A stretch of 63,255 nucleotides of DNA, filler included, from Salisapilia sapeloensis CBS 127946 (lineage: Eukaryota > Protista > Oomycota), in assembly GCA_023334545.1 (NCBI GenBank). It is 10 parts of 10 records of this genome, joined end to end, with 100 filler letters (N's around TTAATTAATTAA, not from the genome) between each part and the next. Parts side by side here need not be neighbours in the genome. Positions count along the whole stretch, not along the records: positions 59,177 to 61,403 come from JAADVB010000934.1; positions 61,504 to 63,255 come from JAADVB010001055.1; 8 more parts are not named here. One strand, given 5' to 3'. The position numbers and the translations under genes were made by a program. Below the pieces are notes generated by a model. The model saw nothing but the letters and a program-made list of their open reading frames with translations. It was not told the DNA's origin and made no database searches. Below, one piece after another: positions 59,318-63,255 of the stretch (the stretch's first letter is position 1; the number at the start of each line of letters is the position of its first letter).

Positions 59318-59945
59318 AAGTGCATAATATGATGTGTTCGTGAGGTCGAGCTGAGGTAGAATTGGATGGATGAAAATGTAATCTTCTGGTAGGAATGGTG
59401 GATCGCGAAGAGCTGTGCCATGAATTTCTCGTAGGAACTCGACAAGAATATTGAATGATGCTTGTATCGAGTACTTGAGTAACGAAAGTTTCTACATTTA
59501 TGCCGCTACTGTGATCCGATAGATATAGCTAATACTTTTTTTAGTTTTCATCCTCAATTCGATTTTCTTGTCCTCTTCATGGTAAGCCCATCCTGCGATT
59601 CAGCATCCCATGAAGACGTAACCAGAAATTAATTTTGTAGTTCTAAAGCGAAAACTCAAGATGTTATATCTCGCGCATAAAGATTGGCAAAGACATCGAT
59701 ATAATTTACGGATACTTGAATGGCTACGTTGATCTCGATTTCCAAGGAAAGCTTCTTGACCATGTCAGCTTGTACCGTTCAATATGATGAAGTTCATCAC
59801 GTGTCTATTGCGTTTACACTAGACCTACAGTACCGTTCAAAATAAAGTGTAGCAATATATATATTATTTGTAAAAATGCTTTTGGCACCGACTGAGTACT
59901 GAAGCTTGTCAATCGACCAGTTTTGCCATCTCATCACAGGAGAGC

Positions 59946-61184
59946 ATGACGTCCGCAATTTCAAAGCTTAAAGCAGGCCAATACGGCAACTGGATCAAAG
60001 GTCTCGATACCTTCTTGTTCGACTGCGATGGAGGTATGTTGATATTAATCAGCCGACACTCGTTGCAACGTCGCTTACTAGCTATGTGGGTGTCTATCAG
60101 TCTTGTGGCGTGGCAGTGCTGCTATTCCTGGTGCTGGCGACATGATCGGGATGCTCCGATCGCTAGGCAAGCGCATTGTGTTTGTCGTAAGATTCGAAGT
60201 TTCTATTTGCATCCAACACCCCTTTAAGTCTCTTTTAGACCAACAACTCGACCAAATCTCGTGCGACTTATGTCAAAAAGCTCGGTACGTCCATTCGTAC
60301 ATCACACCTCTTGCGTACAACTCTAACAGTATAATCAGCTTCCCAAGGCATCACTGCGGAAGTAGACGATATCGTCACGTACAATATGATTCCTGCAGCT
60401 TCTACTATGATTTCTAATCTTGTGCATCAGGTCGGCATGGGCGACAGTTGCGTACATGAAGCGTGAGGGCATTCAAGGCAAAGTGTACTACGTTGGAGAA
60501 GAAGGACTAGGCACGGAACTCGCGAACGAAGGGTATGAAGCCTTCGGAACGGAGCACAACGACATCAAGGAGGTTCCTATTCCATTCACGTTCGACCAAG
60601 ACGTCAAGTCTGTCGTCGTCGGACTCGACCGCGCTCTGTCATACTACAAAATAGCATACGCCACCGCCTGCATTCGTCAGAACGAAGGCTGCCACTTCAT
60701 TGGCACCAACCCGTACGAACCACAGGTCTTTTGTCGTATACTAGAGCTCATATGGACTTCTTATGTAGTGATCCGACGTTCCCAGCCGATGGAGCGATCA
60801 TTCCTGGCGGCGGATCGCTCGTCAAGATGATTGAGTGCGCTGCTGGAAGGTATTCGCGTATTTATTCATTCGCAGAGCCAATGTAACTGAAGAGTATGCA
60901 GGGAAGCAGAGGCTGTGATCGGCAAACCGTCGCAAGATCTGCTCAAGACTATCCTCTCTACCTTCAATCTTGATCCTGCACGCACATGTATGGTCGGAGA
61001 CCGACTCTCGACTGACATTGAATTCGGTAAGAGAGGTGGACTGCAGACTTTACTGGTTCTCAGTGGCGTCACGGACGAGTCAGAACTTGCGACTTTGGAA
61101 GATGAGCACCAACGCCCTGACTTTTACGTCGATTCGGTGGATGATCTGAACAAGTTCCAGAAAGAGACCGCTGGATCAATTTAG
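59946..61184 (+). CDS. HAD-IIA phosphatase (phosphoglycolate/4-nitrophenyl-phosphatase-like); about six introns
   Basis: FLFDCDG|VLW, TNNSTKSR, IGTNP|D, GKPS, MVGDRLSTDI, LVLSGV. Confidence 0.93.
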
Positions 61185-61262
61185 ACAATGTGGGAATCTT
61201 AAACAACTTCTGTAGCGACCATATGCAGCAATAGACAAACTTCTTGTCATCATTCATACACA

Positions 61263-61403
61263 TCTTTATATCACTTGTAATCTCCGTCACTTGAGCTTCG
61301 GGATGGAGCTAGTGCCGTTCTTCATGAAGGTGTCGAGGAAAGAATTGCCGCCGGCCGGAGGACCCTTGGGTGTCGGCCGTCTGCCGCGACCTGCCCCTCC
61401 TCG
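61263..61403 (-). repeat. Inverted repeat A, right copy (141 bp)
   Basis: Exact reverse complement of 59177-59317; flush with contig end. Confidence 0.97.
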
Positions 61404-61503
61404 NNNNNNNNNNNNNNNNNNNNNNNNNNNNNNNNNNNNNNNNNNNNTTAATTAATTAANNNNNNNNNNNNNNNNNNNNNNNNNNNNNNNNNNNNNNNNN
61501 NNN
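61404..61503. other. Assembly gap/spacer
   Basis: 44 N + TTAATTAATTAA + 44 N. Confidence 0.99.
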
Positions 61504-61644
61504 GGATCGCACGAAAGTAATCCTGCGTGCACATCTACAGCAATGCTGGTACTGCTCGAACGGTCGCGTGGTAGACACTGCCACCAACTGGACCATTGCG
61601 CACTTCACACAATAGGCAATATGCGCGCATGGTGGCGGGATGAG
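61504..61644 (+). repeat. Inverted repeat B, left copy (141 bp)
   Basis: Exact reverse complement of 63115-63255; flush with contig start. Confidence 0.97.
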
Positions 61645-63114
61645 AAAATGATCTAGTTATTTTATCCCTTATATAAATTGTCTTTGTTGAAGATATGGAT
61701 CTTACGGTATCTAGAATAGCTTTCTTTTAAATTAAAACTCCTAGGTTAGACTGGGACTGTCGCAGTTAGTCGAGTTATATTTCAATATCCTAGCACGCAC
61801 CGCTTGCTCTGGGCTTCTTATGGCGTTTTGGGTCGAACCGCCTCGCACAATCTACACGTAAGTAGGTCTTCGTTGTGGAGCTAGCACCATCAGTGTCAAA
61901 TTTTGCGGCACGCTCAGAACAGCTCACGTGATCTTGAAAAGTCATCGTTACTTCAATATAACTTCAACATACTGGAAAGGAACCTGTGGATTAATTGTCC
62001 GAACATCTCCTTTGCAAGCATTTTTACGTGTATGATAGTGTTTTATTCGAGTAGAATAGCTCTAATATTTCACGCTGTTTCCGAAAAACCATCTTTTCTA
62101 TTTTCTTGCCAAGACGCAAGTCACTTAGAATCCTGAACTGAGGCCGAAAGTCAGAGTTCAGCTTTTAAAAGCGCATTCTGTTGCACTTTAGAAATCGTAA
62201 CACTGTATAGGCACAATCGGAGTGAGCTAGACCTTCAATTCAGCGAAGAACGCAACACAGCCAAGAGATGAAGCATACAGATACTTCAGAGAGGATATAG
62301 AATTACCCGGAAAGTCAAGCGTTTACGGCGAATTTGCATCGACAGGAGGAGTACTATCGTTTTGTACGTTTATATCTCTCTAAGCCACATACTCGGTAAC
62401 AAGTGTATTTTGGTTGTAAGCATGTCTTTTGTATCCATAAACTATCTTCGTAGCAGTCAGTACCATTATTGCATAGCTCTCAATAGGTGATTTGGCATCA
62501 TTACACCGTATACGTTTGTAGATAAATCGATAGTGCAGTAAAAGTGAATTATAATTTTGTATTCCCATCGCATTTATAGAATCGCTTCTTTCGTTATGAA
62601 AAGTTTATTCACTCCATATCCACGCTGTAGCCTTGGTTTGAGGTGGAGTCGCTAGATAAGCCTCCATATCTTGACAACTAATGCACACAGAGCCAAATCC
62701 AATAATCAGTGCGCTTACAGCAGTAGGAAGTTAATAGTTTTGAGTGCAAATGCGTCGAGATCTACATAACATTTTACGCAAGGTCCAACGTTTCCAGCCT
62801 CTATCATAAAAGTACTCGTAGTAAAAGCCTAGTACAATCAAGTCGGTGTTAAAAATGATTATCTTTTGCATTGTTTAAAGCGAAGAACATTTTGCATCCC
62901 TCAGTGTCGGGCGGAGTGAACGTTTGGAATAGTTGTCAGAACAGCTATAGAACTCGCCTCCTTCGTATGAACACATAGCCACAAACAACGGTCTCAGACC
63001 CACAGCAATACCTACGTAGTTCACATTAACATCTTAATCTCGGTTACACAGCTCGCACGTTGAACCAAAAGCCATCGCTACAGTCAATCCACTTTCAAAA
63101 TTGTACACATGGGC

Positions 63115-63255
63115 CTCATCCCGCCACCATGCGCGCATATTGCCTATTGTGTGAAGTGCGCAATGGTCCAGTTGGTGGCAGTGTCTACCACGCGACCGTT
63201 CGAGCAGTACCAGCATTGCTGTAGATGTGCACGCAGGATTACTTTCGTGCGATCC
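63115..63255 (-). repeat. Inverted repeat B, right copy (141 bp)
   Basis: Exact reverse complement of 61504-61644; flush with window end. Confidence 0.97.

Noticed and set aside
59320-59770. Possible small spliced gene divergent from the HAD gene, with an in-frame GC-TGA suggesting selenocysteine
   Set aside because: No consistent splice model or known selenoprotein motif, no SECIS identified, and all minus frames are similarly open.
63121-63131. Perfect GCCACCATG Kozak as a sign of vector contamination
   Set aside because: No other vector features, and ACCATG is a normal start context in this group.
1-63255. CRISPR arrays, operons or other prokaryotic systems
   Set aside because: The sequence is eukaryotic with spliced genes. 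The regular repeats (ankyrin, Gly-rich, mucin) are coding and have no unique spacers.
59177-63255. 141-bp repeats as complete transposon TIRs of that exact length
   Set aside because: Two unrelated repeats share the same length and are flush with contig ends, which points to an assembler k-mer limit rather than true element ends.

Overview
Eukaryotic, most likely oomycete, genomic DNA. The basis is short GT-AG introns of about 50-70 nt, oomycete-style ankyrin, MYB, MATE and PDR families, and centriole genes. The window is ten contigs joined by nine artificial 100-bp spacers (44 N + TTAATTAATTAA + 44 N), so adjacency across gaps is not proof of linkage. 30-9037: two near-identical tRNA-Gln genes bracket about 8.9 kb of decayed mobile DNA, including a Crypton-like tyrosine-recombinase relic, a two-gene PIF/Harbinger relic and a probable Tc1 fragment. 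9.2-46 kb: compact housekeeping gene region with RNFT-like RING, mitoferrin, YigZ/IMPACT, aminoacylase-1, a membrane-anchored S1 pseudoprotease, HUS1, MATE, METTL21-like, LRRCC1-like and CEP19-like genes with overlapping stop codons, DRAM/Frag1, ankyrin, FAN/NSMAF-like BEACH, Snu114, Ulp1/SENP, COX17, SDR and 4CL-like genes. 46-63 kb: small contigs with split PDR transporter pieces, secreted low-complexity proteins, three paralogous SHAQKYF-class MYBs with complementary intron patterns, a GC-rich DUF1996 gene and a HAD-IIA phosphatase. The last two contigs each end in perfect 141-bp inverted repeats, pointing to collapsed inverted duplications. Gene models and family calls were made by eye without database searches.
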